64,000 bases of DNA from Deltaproteobacteria bacterium (GTDB lineage Bacteria > Myxococcota > Kuafuiibacteriia > Kuafuiibacteriales > Kuafuiibacteriaceae): the NCBI GenBank assembly GCA_040218735.1, contig JAVJQW010000050.1, positions 288,001 through 352,000 of the forward strand, written 5' to 3'. Each line of letters starts with the position of its first letter. Positions within the stretch are counted from its first letter, which is position 1. Below, in pieces: positions 48,807 to 58,270 of the stretch. Position numbers and translations under genes: made by a program. The notes under the pieces are model-generated. The model was not told where the DNA came from. It worked only from the letters and a program-made list of their open reading frames with translations, and searched no databases.

Positions 48807-51254
48807 GTGGTTCGCAACGCGAGTGCATGGCTCTGCCTCCTCCTGGGCGTCGGTTCGTGCAAGTCGAACGACGAAGCACCCTCGACCCTCGCGCGCACCA
48901 TCGAAGGCCCGGCCGAGCTCCTCTGGGGCCCCGCAGCCACCGGCTCCGTCGGCGACATCTCGATGACCAACGGCGTCATCCTCGCCGTCATCACGCACGA
49001 CGCCGCCAGCAGCGGCTTCGCCGCGAGTGAAGGCAACCTCGTCGACCTCGCCCCGCTCCCCCACGGCCAAGACCACATCAACGAGCTGTTCCTCTACCTC
49101 GACAACGAGTTCCCCCGGCAAGCGAAGTACGACGACGTCCGCATCATCGCGCCCGGTGGCCCCGGCAAAGAGGCCCGCGTCCGCGCGACCGGCGTCGACA
49201 CCGGCAACCCGCTCATCAAGGTCGTCACGGACTACGTCCTCGAACCGGAGCAACACTGGATCACGCTCGAGACACGCTTCACCTCGACGGCCACGCACAC
49301 CATCGCGAGTTACGAGGTCGGCGACGCCGTCCAGTGGGGCCGCACCGAGCACATGGCGCCCGGTCACGGGTTCGACCTTCCCGGCAAACGCGTTCACGTC
49401 GACTGGATCTGCGGCATCGGGAGCGACACCTCCTACGCCCTCGTCCCGGACGGCAAACTCCGCTTCGATACATTCAATGGATCCATGTGGAGTGACCCAA
49501 TCGGCGCGACGGTCGAGTTGAAACCCAACGAGACCGTGACCTACGTCCGCCACGTCGTCGTCGGCCACGGCGACACCGCGTCGCTCGCGCGCGCCGTCGC
49601 CTCCCTGCGCGGTGACGTCACCGGCCGCATCGAAGGCCACGTCACCAGCAGCGGTGCGGCGGTCGCCGACGCGCGGGTGTGGTTCATGGACGACCAGGAC
49701 AAGATCGTCGGCCTCTCCAAGGTCGACGGCGCCGGGCGCTACACGCTCGACCTGTTGCCCGGGACCTACCGCGGCAAGGTCGACGCCCCCGGCCGAACGT
49801 CCGTCGGTTCCGAGGCGATGCAGGTCACCGCGGCGAAGACCACCACGGTCGACTTCGCGATGGGCCCGCCCGGCATCCTCGCCTGGCGCATCGCAGGCCA
49901 CGACGGTCGCGCGCCCGCCGTGAAGGTCGCGATCATCGGCGTCGACGGCACGCCGAACCCCCGCTTCGGCCCCTCGTTCTTCGCAGACGGCGCCGAGAAC
50001 TTCGTGCTGTCGAAGCGCGGTGTCGGCCAGGTCCCGATCGCCGCCGGCAACTACCGCGTCCTCGTCGCGCGCGGCCCGGAGTTCGAGCGCGTCGACCAGC
50101 GCGTGAAGGTCGAGCCCGGCAAACGCGTGGAGGTCACCGGGAAGCTCGAGCGGGCGTACGAGACCCCCGGTTTCATCGCGACGGATCTCCACCAGCACGC
50201 CGCGCCCAGCTTCGACTCCGGCGTGTCGCTGGAGGACCGCGCGCTCTCCAACGCCGCGGAGGGCGTCGAGGTGCTGGTGTCGACCGAGCACAACTTCATC
50301 GTCGACTTCGCACCGGTGGTCGCGGAGCAGGGCCTCGGGCGCGTCGTGTTCCCGATCTCCGGCACCGAGGCGACCACCCACACCGTGGGCCACTTCAACG
50401 CCCTGCCCCTGCGCATCGACCCCGCCCACCCGCGCGGCGGAATGATCGACGTCGAAGGCCAGAGCCCACGACAGATCTTCGACTTCGTGCGCACGCTCGC
50501 ATCGCCCGAAGTCGCGCCGTTCATTCAGGTCAACCATCCTCGCTCCGGATTCACGGGTTACTTCGACGTGATGAAACTGGACCCCGAGACGGGGCGCTCC
50601 GCGGACGCGCGCTTCATCGACGACTTCGACGGCATCGAGGTCGTCACGTTCGGCGTACCGAAGGAAACGACCAAGGCGATGCGCGACTGGTTCAACCTCG
50701 TGAAGAACGGACGCCGCTACACGGCGACCGGCACCAGCGACTCGCATACGATCACCCTCCGTCCCGTCGGCTGGCCGCGCACCTGGGTCTGCGTCGACCG
50801 TGACGATCCTCCGTTCCTCGACGTCGCCGCCTTCACCGAGTCCCTCCGCTCCGGCTGCGCCACCATCGGCGCCGGCCCGTTCGTCACCATCCGCTCCGGC
50901 GACACCAAGATGGGCCAGCTCAAACAGGCCGACCGCGGCAAGTTCGAGGTCACGGTCGACGTGAAGGCCGCGTCCTGGATCGGCACCGACACCCTCACCC
51001 TCTTCGTCGACGGCGACGTCGAGCGGAAGGTGGCGCTCACGAACAAGGGCGTCGACCGGCACCACGCAACGTACGCGCTGAAGTGCAGCTCCGACTGCTT
51101 CGTCGCCGCCTACGTGGAGTCCGAACAGACCCTCGCGCCGCTCATCACGCCGCGCCGCAAGCTCGACCCGCGCCCCGTCGCGCTCACCAACCCCATCTAC
51201 GTCGACGTCGATGGCGACGGCGTCTTCACCCCTCCCCCCGGAAGCTCCAAATGA
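48807..51254 (+). CDS. CehA/McbA-type PHP metallohydrolase lipoprotein with carboxypeptidase-regulatory-like domains
   Basis: VGSC lipobox; ARGPEF; DLHQH, STEHN, GHFN, NHPR, SDSH, TNPIYVD. Confidence 0.85.
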   Translation: MVRNASAWLCLLLGVGSCKSNDEAPSTLARTIEGPAELLWGPAATGSVGDISMTNGVILAVITHDAASSGFAASEGNLVDLAPLPHGQDHINELFLYLDNEFPRQAKYDDVRIIAPGGPGKEARVRATGVDTGNPLIKVVTDYVLEPEQHWITLETRFTSTATHTIASYEVGDAVQWGRTEHMAPGHGFDLPGKRVHVDWICGIGSDTSYALVPDGKLRFDTFNGSMWSDPIGATVELKPNETVTYVRHVVVGHGDTASLARAVASLRGDVTGRIEGHVTSSGAAVADARVWFMDDQDKIVGLSKVDGAGRYTLDLLPGTYRGKVDAPGRTSVGSEAMQVTAAKTTTVDFAMGPPGILAWRIAGHDGRAPAVKVAIIGVDGTPNPRFGPSFFADGAENFVLSKRGVGQVPIAAGNYRVLVARGPEFERVDQRVKVEPGKRVEVTGKLERAYETPGFIATDLHQHAAPSFDSGVSLEDRALSNAAEGVEVLVSTEHNFIVDFAPVVAEQGLGRVVFPISGTEATTHTVGHFNALPLRIDPAHPRGGMIDVEGQSPRQIFDFVRTLASPEVAPFIQVNHPRSGFTGYFDVMKLDPETGRSADARFIDDFDGIEVVTFGVPKETTKAMRDWFNLVKNGRRYTATGTSDSHTITLRPVGWPRTWVCVDRDDPPFLDVAAFTESLRSGCATIGAGPFVTIRSGDTKMGQLKQADRGKFEVTVDVKAASWIGTDTLTLFVDGDVERKVALTNKGVDRHHATYALKCSSDCFVAAYVESEQTLAPLITPRRKLDPRPVALTNPIYVDVDGDGVFTPPPGSSK

Positions 51255-51496
51255 TCCAGCTCGTCATCGGCGCCCTCATCCTCCTGCTCGGCCTCCCCTT
51301 CCTCATCCGCGGCTGGGTCTTCACCGTCAAACCGGAAGGCAAGACCAGCGAACGCGCCAAGGAGCGCAACCTCCGGATGGGTCTCGAGACCGACATGAAG
51401 AAGTGGGGCCGCAAGGTCCGCCGCTTCGGATTGCTCCTGGTCCTCTTCGGCGGCGGCCTCGTGGCCTGGGGCTACACCAGCGCGTTCGCCGGCTGA
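51251..51496 (+). CDS. Small two-TM membrane protein
   Basis: Two hydrophobic helices; ATGA overlap with upstream gene. Confidence 0.75.
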   Translation: MIQLVIGALILLLGLPFLIRGWVFTVKPEGKTSERAKERNLRMGLETDMKKWGRKVRRFGLLLVLFGGGLVAWGYTSAFAG

Positions 51497-51500
51497 CCGC

Positions 51501-52988
51501 TCATCGACACGTCGCGTTCGGCAACGGATCTCCCGGGGTCGGTACACACCACGCGAAGCGCCCGTCGGCGTCCCGCGCAATCGCTTCGTGCCAGACGTCC
51601 GGCGGCGACCCGCCCTCGTGGTCGCCCGATTCTCCCGCGCCGATCGTGACGCGATCGAGGAGCGTCGAGCCGCTCCACAGCTCCACCGTCAGATCGCGCT
51701 GCGACATGTCCCCGCGCGGACGCACGACGAGCGCCTCCCCCGGCCACCACGCACGGAGGTTGCCGCCGTCGCCGAAGTAGAGCGCCGGAGCGCCGTCGAC
51801 CTTCGTGATCGCGGGCGTGCGATCGATCGTCCTGAGCTCCAACCCTGCCGAGAGCAACGACACCGGTTCGGCGGAGTCGTTCACGATCTCGATCCACTCG
51901 TCCGTGCTCGTGATCGCGCCGTTCCCGGGGCGGGCGTCGAAGGGCACCGCGCCCCCCGCGCTGTCGCTCCAGTCGTGCAGCGCCGTCGAGACGACCTCCG
52001 TGATGTGCGCGCGCGTCGCCGCCGGGAACCCGACCTCGAACCGAATCGGAGGCGCGAGGTTCCCGGCGAGATCCGACACCACCACATGCACGGCGAGCTG
52101 CGCTCCACCGGCGATGTGCCCCTGCGATGTCAACCTGACTTGCCGACCCGCGACCGGGTGCGAAGCGAGCGGCGTCGACGTCCCGGCTGCGTCCACCGCG
52201 GTGCCGCTGACGACGACCGGTTCATCGGCATCCACGTCCACCAAGAGCGAGTCCCCGTCGATCGCCACGCGCGTCGAAGTGACGACGGGCGGGATCGAAT
52301 CCACGACCGTGGAGGTCTGCACGACCGACGTCGCCGGGTCACCGGGCGCCACGGCATCGTGGGTCAACGCGAGCCGATACGTCGTCGAGGGCGTCAACGC
52401 ACCTTGCACGTCGAACACCACGGCGCCCTCATGTTCACGCGACGCCACCAACGCGACCCGCTCTAGGGCGGGTCCTTCGAGGAACGCCGCGCCGATCGGG
52501 GACGGCAGCGGCGGCGACGAAGCCACCGCGACGTGGCGCAGGTTCACGGGCGCGGGCTCCGTCGGCGTCGGCTCGCGCACCACGGCGCGCGGATTGGGGA
52601 GCGTCCCCTCCGACGTGGTGAAACGGAACGGCTCCGTCGGCGGCGCGACGGTGCGTCCATCGTCGGTCACGAAGTCCGTCCCGAGCGAGACGAACAACGC
52701 CTCGCCGGCTGGCCAAGTCGTGTCCGGAGCGACCACGAGCTCGTCACCCGAGTCTGCCGGCGTCGCGACGAACCGAACCGGGCGTCCGTCGGCGCGAACG
52801 ATGGACAGCGTCCCCATGTTCACCGCCTCCGAGAAGCCGAGGCGAACCGACGCCTCCGGCGGGACGTCGGTGTCCGGCGCGACGCCGAGCGCAAACGGGA
52901 CGAACTCGGGGTCGGTGAGGGGCTGAGGGGCTTCGAGGCAACCGGCGACGACGAGCGCCGCCGAACAAATGAGGTTTCGATCGATCAT
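51501..52988 (-). CDS. Lipoprotein with Ig-like domains and C-terminal lamin-tail-like domain
   Basis: VAGC lipobox; LGFSEAV (Big_5-like); DLAGN; ITEVV..DEWIEIVN..PTPG. Confidence 0.7.
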   Translation of the reverse strand: MIDRNLICSAALVVAGCLEAPQPLTDPEFVPFALGVAPDTDVPPEASVRLGFSEAVNMGTLSIVRADGRPVRFVATPADSGDELVVAPDTTWPAGEALFVSLGTDFVTDDGRTVAPPTEPFRFTTSEGTLPNPRAVVREPTPTEPAPVNLRHVAVASSPPLPSPIGAAFLEGPALERVALVASREHEGAVVFDVQGALTPSTTYRLALTHDAVAPGDPATSVVQTSTVVDSIPPVVTSTRVAIDGDSLLVDVDADEPVVVSGTAVDAAGTSTPLASHPVAGRQVRLTSQGHIAGGAQLAVHVVVSDLAGNLAPPIRFEVGFPAATRAHITEVVSTALHDWSDSAGGAVPFDARPGNGAITSTDEWIEIVNDSAEPVSLLSAGLELRTIDRTPAITKVDGAPALYFGDGGNLRAWWPGEALVVRPRGDMSQRDLTVELWSGSTLLDRVTIGAGESGDHEGGSPPDVWHEAIARDADGRFAWCVPTPGDPLPNATCR

Positions 52989-53560
52989 GGCATGGGTTCC
53001 TTTCGATAGGAGTCGAGGCGACCACCCGTGAGGGCTCGGATGAGTCCGTCGAGCCGGGCCGCGTCGAGGCGAAGCTCGTGCGAGGGCTCGAGGCGGTACG
53101 CGATCCACACGTCCAGCCGCCGAAAATAGAGCTCGGTGATTCGCTCGCGCACGAGGCGTATCGCCGCCGAACGCGCGATACGTTCGCGGTTGGCGCGCAG
53201 CTCGAGGTCGGCGAACACGAGGTCGCCGAGCCCGAACTTCACCACCACGTCGAGGCCGAGGCCTCGACCGGTGTTCGTCCAGCTGCTCGCGGAGCCCGCG
53301 AGCGCGTCACGAACGGAGAGGTCCGTGTCCGTGCCGAAGCGTATGTCGACCTTCGGTACGGCGCCGCGCCAGCGCAGGCGCGACGTCCATTCTTCGATCT
53401 CGGCGTCATCGCCGAGTACCAGCGTGTCCTCCGCCGCAGACTGAACGGCGGCGAGTGAGGGGAGCGCGGTATTGCCTGCGACCGCGTCCTCGATCCAGGA
53501 CTCGACGGTCGTCGACGTCACCGTCGACGCCATCAACACCAGCGCGATCACGACGCACAC
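52985..53560 (-). CDS. Exported protein resembling a half TolC/outer-membrane-factor repeat
   Basis: Helix, then VPKVDI beta-hairpin, then long helix (RITELYF..LTGG); resemblance by eye only. Confidence 0.5.
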   Translation of the reverse strand: MCVVIALVLMASTVTSTTVESWIEDAVAGNTALPSLAAVQSAAEDTLVLGDDAEIEEWTSRLRWRGAVPKVDIRFGTDTDLSVRDALAGSASSWTNTGRGLGLDVVVKFGLGDLVFADLELRANRERIARSAAIRLVRERITELYFRRLDVWIAYRLEPSHELRLDAARLDGLIRALTGGRLDSYRKEPMP

Positions 53561-53940
53561 CCCAGCGCGAAGAGCCGTGCGTCGAGCTCATGACCGCGCG
53601 CGACGTTCACGAGCTGTGCGCAACGTCGACGCCGCAGGCGTTCGAGGCGGGGCGGCCCCACGGCGCGAGGCGACGGCACCAGCAGGGCATCGAACGCGAC
53701 GACGACACCGAGCGCGATCTGCCAGCGCACGCGTCGGACGGGCGGAGATTGACTCCAGACGACGGCGCCGAGCGCCGTCAACGCGATGGCGTCGGAGCGC
53801 CTCGGGAAGCGGACGATTCGATCCGCGAGGGGGAGATCGAAGGCGTCGACGAGGTCGGCCTCGGGGGCCTGACGATCGAAGTACGCTTCGACGTCGGGGG
53901 CCTGCGCGGTGAGCGCGGCGACGAACGCGAACGGCAACAT
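53548..53940 (-). CDS. Hypothetical exported protein
   Basis: Signal-like N-terminus; overlaps downstream gene; beta-hairpin plus helix. Confidence 0.45.
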   Translation of the reverse strand: MLPFAFVAALTAQAPDVEAYFDRQAPEADLVDAFDLPLADRIVRFPRRSDAIALTALGAVVWSQSPPVRRVRWQIALGVVVAFDALLVPSPRAVGPPRLERLRRRRCAQLVNVARGHELDARLFALGCAS

Positions 53941-54066
53941 CGCGCCGGCCCCATCGCAAGCGCAGGGCCAACTTCGACACGCGCCGCGCGCGACGAAAAA
54001 GTTCGATTATCGGACGACGTCCGAAATCGGTCCGAATACCTCAGGCTTTCGAACGAACCAGACGCC

Positions 54067-54669
54067 TCACATCCCGGCGTCGCGGGTACCTGGGCACGGC
54101 CCCGCCATTGCAAAGGGCTGTTGGATGCAGAAGGTCGCGCCCGTGAACGTGTTGCCGTTGCAGTCGCAGAACGTCCCGACGCCCGCGTCGCCGCTGCACG
54201 TCGACGGGTCGCGGCACGTCCCGAAGTCGCCGCAGCTGTTCGCTTCGAACTCGCAGATGAAGGTCGCCGGACAGTCGGCGTTGGTCATGCAGCGATGAAT
54301 GGCGCCGTCTCTGGGGCCGCTGTCACGATGGCCTGCGTCGCGTGGACCGCCATCGCGGTCGGCGCCGACCACCCCCTCGCAGGGCGTCGCGTCGGTCTGC
54401 ACGCGGGTGTAGGGATCCGTGGAGCACGTCTCGTCACCGAAGACCCGGTTTCCGTCGCACCCGCAAAAGACCATCGCGGTCGTGTCGTCATCGCAGGCGC
54501 TCGTCGAGCAGACGCCGTCCACGCGGCACCCGTCGTACGGGAACACACACTGCTCGTTGCTCGGGCAGTCGGAGTCGCGGCGGCAGGCGTCGCCGCTGCC
54601 CTCGAGGTCGTAGGTGTTGGTGGAGCAGGAAGCGATGACGACGGCGAATCCAAGTCGTATGCGGGTCAT
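54067..54669 (-). CDS. Cys-rich lipoprotein with two Kazal-like modules
   Basis: IASC lipobox; CxxxxDC motifs; FCGCDGN and FCDCNGN. Confidence 0.75.
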   Translation of the reverse strand: MTRIRLGFAVVIASCSTNTYDLEGSGDACRRDSDCPSNEQCVFPYDGCRVDGVCSTSACDDDTTAMVFCGCDGNRVFGDETCSTDPYTRVQTDATPCEGVVGADRDGGPRDAGHRDSGPRDGAIHRCMTNADCPATFICEFEANSCGDFGTCRDPSTCSGDAGVGTFCDCNGNTFTGATFCIQQPFAMAGPCPGTRDAGM

Positions 54670-54702
54670 GAATGCTCTACCCGCGAGCGCGTCGTTTCGG
54701 CG

Positions 54703-57360
54703 TCACCGACGACGGCGCCAGACGAACAGTGGCAAGAGAGCGAGCGCCCACCAAGCCCCTGCACGGCCGTTCACGCAGCGGCACCCGGTGGCCTCCTCGA
54801 TTCGCGCCGGCGCCGTCACCATCCCCGCTTCGCGCAGCACGAGCTCGGTCACGTGGCCGGCTTCGTCCGCGGCGCGCACGACGATGGCCGCCGTGTCGTT
54901 GACCTCGGGGGCGGGCACGAAGCCGGTGGTGTCCGGGGTGACCTCGGCGAACGCACCGTCCACGCCCAGCGTCACGACGAGCGCGTCTTCGCTGACGACG
55001 TCCCACGCGCGAATGACGACGCCGCCCCGCACGTAGTCCATCTTTGCGTTCAGGCGCGGCGGCTCCGCGTCGATCGTAAACGTGAGCCGCACCGGGCTCG
55101 GGTCGAGCGTGCGGTAGGCGCCGACCTCGCGCGCGCGGACGTCGACCCAGTGGTGGCCCTGCGCGAGGAACTCCGGACGGATGAGCTTCAGACGATCGGT
55201 CGTGAAGAACGGCGTCCAGAACCCACCGTCGACGCGGAGCTGGTACTCGAGCTCGCCGTCGCCGGGCGCCGTTCCGCCGAGGGCGATCTCGGCCTCCGGC
55301 CACACCGGCCCGCCGGGGTTCGACACCGAGAACTCCTGCGCGCTCGGGACGAACAAGGACGTCAGCTCGGCCGTCGTCTCGGCGGCGGCGCTGAGGTTGC
55401 CCACGAAGGACGGGTCGAACGCGAGGTCGGCGTACACCGCGACGTTGGCGTAGCGGCCGTTCGCCTCCACACCGCGGACGCCGAGGATCGACAGGTCGAA
55501 CCCGCCGAGGTCGGCCGGGCCCGGCAACGCAAACGGCGGCAAGGCACCGGTGAAGCCGGGGAGCGCGAGGTTGATGAGCCCGGGGATGGCGTCCTCGAGG
55601 TCCGCCGGGTCCTCGGCGAGCAGGTCGCTGTTCGTGACGCGCACGTTCGTGACCGCGTTCGAGACGTCCCCGACGACGAACTGCAGCTCGTTGTTCGCGG
55701 TGACGAACGCGCCCAGGCCGATCTCGACGTCGGCGGTGACGGTCATGAGGTGGACCCAGCGCTCCTCGATCAACGCCGAGAAGCCGATCTCGAAGTCGTC
55801 GAGGTCCAGCACCAGCAGCGGATCGGTGAGCGTCGGCTCCGTCATCCCCGGCATGACCTCACCCGAACCGATGAGGATCCGCGGCTCGGCGCGCGGGAAG
55901 ATCGACAAGCGCGCCGGGAAGATCGACTTCTCGAAGCGGTCGTCGTGGGTGAGCTGGCGCAGCGAGGAGATCAGCAGCCCCAGCGACCCGGTGTTGAGGA
56001 GGTCGATGTCGTAGGACGACACCGACGTGCACATCAGCCCGGTCGTGTAGACCGTCCACATGAACTGATCCAGGAGCGCCTGCGAGAAGCCGGCCGCGAC
56101 CATGTAGCCCGTCTCGTCGGTGCCGTCCCAGTCGAGGTCGGCCATCGAGGACGTGGGCAGCGGCGCCGGCGCGACGAAGCCAGGGCGGAGGCGGGGGCTG
56201 TCGAGGATCATCGCGCACGCGGGATCCGCGTCCACGACCTCGGCACCACCGAGCGCACCGATGTTGGCGCCCGCGGTGTCGGTCGTGGAGTCACCGCCGA
56301 CCATGAAGGACATGTCGCCGCGCCCGGGGCGCCCCGAGACGAAGCCGGAGAGGAGCTGTGCGAAGTCGAGGCGGCCCTCGATGCCGAGCGTCTGCGGGAC
56401 GATGTCGGCGGTGGCGTCCTCCTCGCAGAGATCGTCCGCGTTGCAGCTGGTCTGCGCCGGGCAGTCCGCGTTGGTCAGACAGGGGCGACCGAGCGCGGCG
56501 TCGACCTCGTCGCCGATGATCGTCGCGAGCTCGTCGGTGAGCTGGCTGACGATGAGCTGCTTGATGAAGCCGAGGTCCGCGATGGCGCACAGGAGCGGGC
56601 CGTCGGTGAAGCGTGGATCGGGGTCGGCGTCGACCTCGACGTAGCTGTTGGGGATCATCGCGGCGACGTCGAGGATCTCGACCTTCAGCTGACCGCCCGT
56701 CCCTACCGGCGGGGTGTAACGATCGAGCGCGGCGGTGATCTGGATGTCCTGCGTCCCCGGGACGCTCGACAGCGACATGACACAATCCATCCCGCCGAGG
56801 GAGTCGTAGCGGAACGGGATGTCGTTGGTTTCGATCTGGACGGTGACGTTGGCGAGGAATTGGTTCGGGCCCATCGGCTGGACCGTGAGCGCCTCGAAGC
56901 GAATCCACGCGAAGCAGCGGCGCGCGCCCGGCTGCGTCGGGTCATCACGGCAGATTGTCGCGTTGCCGCTCACCTGCCGGTCGATCTCGAAGCCCAGCAG
57001 AGGCCCCGCATCGCCCGACACCTGCTCGACGCAGCGCCCCACCTGACACGAAGCGGGATTCGGGGCCCCCGTGGACGTCACGAAGTTGGTGGGGCACGGG
57101 ACGTCGGCGGGCGCGCCGCACGACATCGACGCGTACGCGGACATCAGGTCCTGGAACTCCCGTCCGATCTGGTCGAAGCCGGACTGGGTCATGCGCACCT
57201 GCGCCGCCCGCTCGATCTGCGCCTCGGGCGGGAATCCTCCGGGGACCGGAGCGAGCGCACCGCCGAAGCAGCCGCCGCAGTTCAGCTGACCGGAGCACGC
57301 CCCGGCCATGAGGAGGAGCACCGTGGGAAGTGAGCGCACGGAGGGCGCAGAAAGACGCAT
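54703..57360 (-). CDS. Large surface protein, BPI/LBP (TULIP)-like, with MYXO-CTERM-like tail
   Basis: AGAC lipobox; VRMTQSGFDQI and MVAAGFSQALLDQFMWTVY.TG resemble BPI N/C-domain openings; tail GCRC..WWALALLPLFVWRRRR. Confidence 0.7.
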   Translation of the reverse strand: MRLSAPSVRSLPTVLLLMAGACSGQLNCGGCFGGALAPVPGGFPPEAQIERAAQVRMTQSGFDQIGREFQDLMSAYASMSCGAPADVPCPTNFVTSTGAPNPASCQVGRCVEQVSGDAGPLLGFEIDRQVSGNATICRDDPTQPGARRCFAWIRFEALTVQPMGPNQFLANVTVQIETNDIPFRYDSLGGMDCVMSLSSVPGTQDIQITAALDRYTPPVGTGGQLKVEILDVAAMIPNSYVEVDADPDPRFTDGPLLCAIADLGFIKQLIVSQLTDELATIIGDEVDAALGRPCLTNADCPAQTSCNADDLCEEDATADIVPQTLGIEGRLDFAQLLSGFVSGRPGRGDMSFMVGGDSTTDTAGANIGALGGAEVVDADPACAMILDSPRLRPGFVAPAPLPTSSMADLDWDGTDETGYMVAAGFSQALLDQFMWTVYTTGLMCTSVSSYDIDLLNTGSLGLLISSLRQLTHDDRFEKSIFPARLSIFPRAEPRILIGSGEVMPGMTEPTLTDPLLVLDLDDFEIGFSALIEERWVHLMTVTADVEIGLGAFVTANNELQFVVGDVSNAVTNVRVTNSDLLAEDPADLEDAIPGLINLALPGFTGALPPFALPGPADLGGFDLSILGVRGVEANGRYANVAVYADLAFDPSFVGNLSAAAETTAELTSLFVPSAQEFSVSNPGGPVWPEAEIALGGTAPGDGELEYQLRVDGGFWTPFFTTDRLKLIRPEFLAQGHHWVDVRAREVGAYRTLDPSPVRLTFTIDAEPPRLNAKMDYVRGGVVIRAWDVVSEDALVVTLGVDGAFAEVTPDTTGFVPAPEVNDTAAIVVRAADEAGHVTELVLREAGMVTAPARIEEATGCRCVNGRAGAWWALALLPLFVWRRRR

Positions 57361-57394
57361 CGGACCGAATCTTCGGGATGTCCCGGGCCCGAGG

Positions 57395-58258
57395 TCAATT
57401 GGTCTTCGGACGGACGCCGAGCTGGACGAGCCCCTCGTTGAGGCGGCCGGTGCGAAAGCCTTCGAGATCCAGCGTCACGAAGCCAAATCCCGCCGCTTGG
57501 GCGTCCGCGACGATCCGCGCGCGATGTCGGACGACCCCCTCGATCTCCGCCTCGCCGACCTCGATCCGCACCATATCGTCGTTGTCGCGGACCAGGCGGG
57601 CGCGGACGTCGAAGAAGCCCAGCTCCCGCAGGCACACCTCGACCCGCTCCACCCGGCCCAGACGCTCCTCGGTCACCGCCACGCCGTACGGGAGGCGGCT
57701 CGAGAGGCACGCGAGCTGCGGCTTGTCCCAAGTCGGCAGGCCGAGCCGCTTCGACAGCGCGCGGATCTCCGCCTTCGACAGGCCCACTTCGGCGAGCGGG
57801 TGCCGGACGTCGTGCTCCGCGGCCGCCCGGTGCCCCGGGCGAAAGTCCGCGAGGTCGTCCGTGTTGAAGCCGTCGACGACGACGGCGCCCTCGAACGTCT
57901 CGGCCGCGAGCTGGGTCGTGTCGAACAGCTCCGTCTTGCAGTAGTAGCAGCGCGACGTCTCGTTCTTCACGTAGTCCGGACGGTCGAGCTCGTGCGTCGT
58001 GACCACGCGGTGCTCGATCCCGATCGCGACGGCGAGCGCCTTCGCGTCCTCCAGCTCGACCTGCATCAACGACGGCGAGCGCGCCGTCAGCGCTATCGCC
58101 CGCTCACCCAGCGCATCGCAGGCGACCCGTGCGAGGAACGCGGAGTCCACACCGCCCGAGTAGGCGACGACCACGCGACCGTACGAGCGGAGCAGCTCGA
58201 CGAGCGCGCGGTGTTTGGCCTCGACCGCGTCCGAAAGCGTGGCGACGTCCACCGACAT
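57395..58258 (-). CDS. larE: LarE-like ATP-dependent sulfur transferase (PP-loop)
   Basis: SGGVDS, RCYYCK, DFRPG, WDKPQLACLSSR.PYG, GFRTG.LN. Confidence 0.9.
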   Translation of the reverse strand: MSVDVATLSDAVEAKHRALVELLRSYGRVVVAYSGGVDSAFLARVACDALGERAIALTARSPSLMQVELEDAKALAVAIGIEHRVVTTHELDRPDYVKNETSRCYYCKTELFDTTQLAAETFEGAVVVDGFNTDDLADFRPGHRAAAEHDVRHPLAEVGLSKAEIRALSKRLGLPTWDKPQLACLSSRLPYGVAVTEERLGRVERVEVCLRELGFFDVRARLVRDNDDMVRIEVGEAEIEGVVRHRARIVADAQAAGFGFVTLDLEGFRTGRLNEGLVQLGVRPKTN

Positions 58259-58270
58259 CGTGCGTTTCGT

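Noticed and set aside
47955-51065. Apparent 1036-aa YebC fusion, and likewise extended ORFs 4812..7367, 15617..17716, 23214..25673, 28353..29999 and 46871..47917
   Set aside because: Stop-free upstream extensions overlapping other genes; real starts lie downstream at recognisable N-termini.
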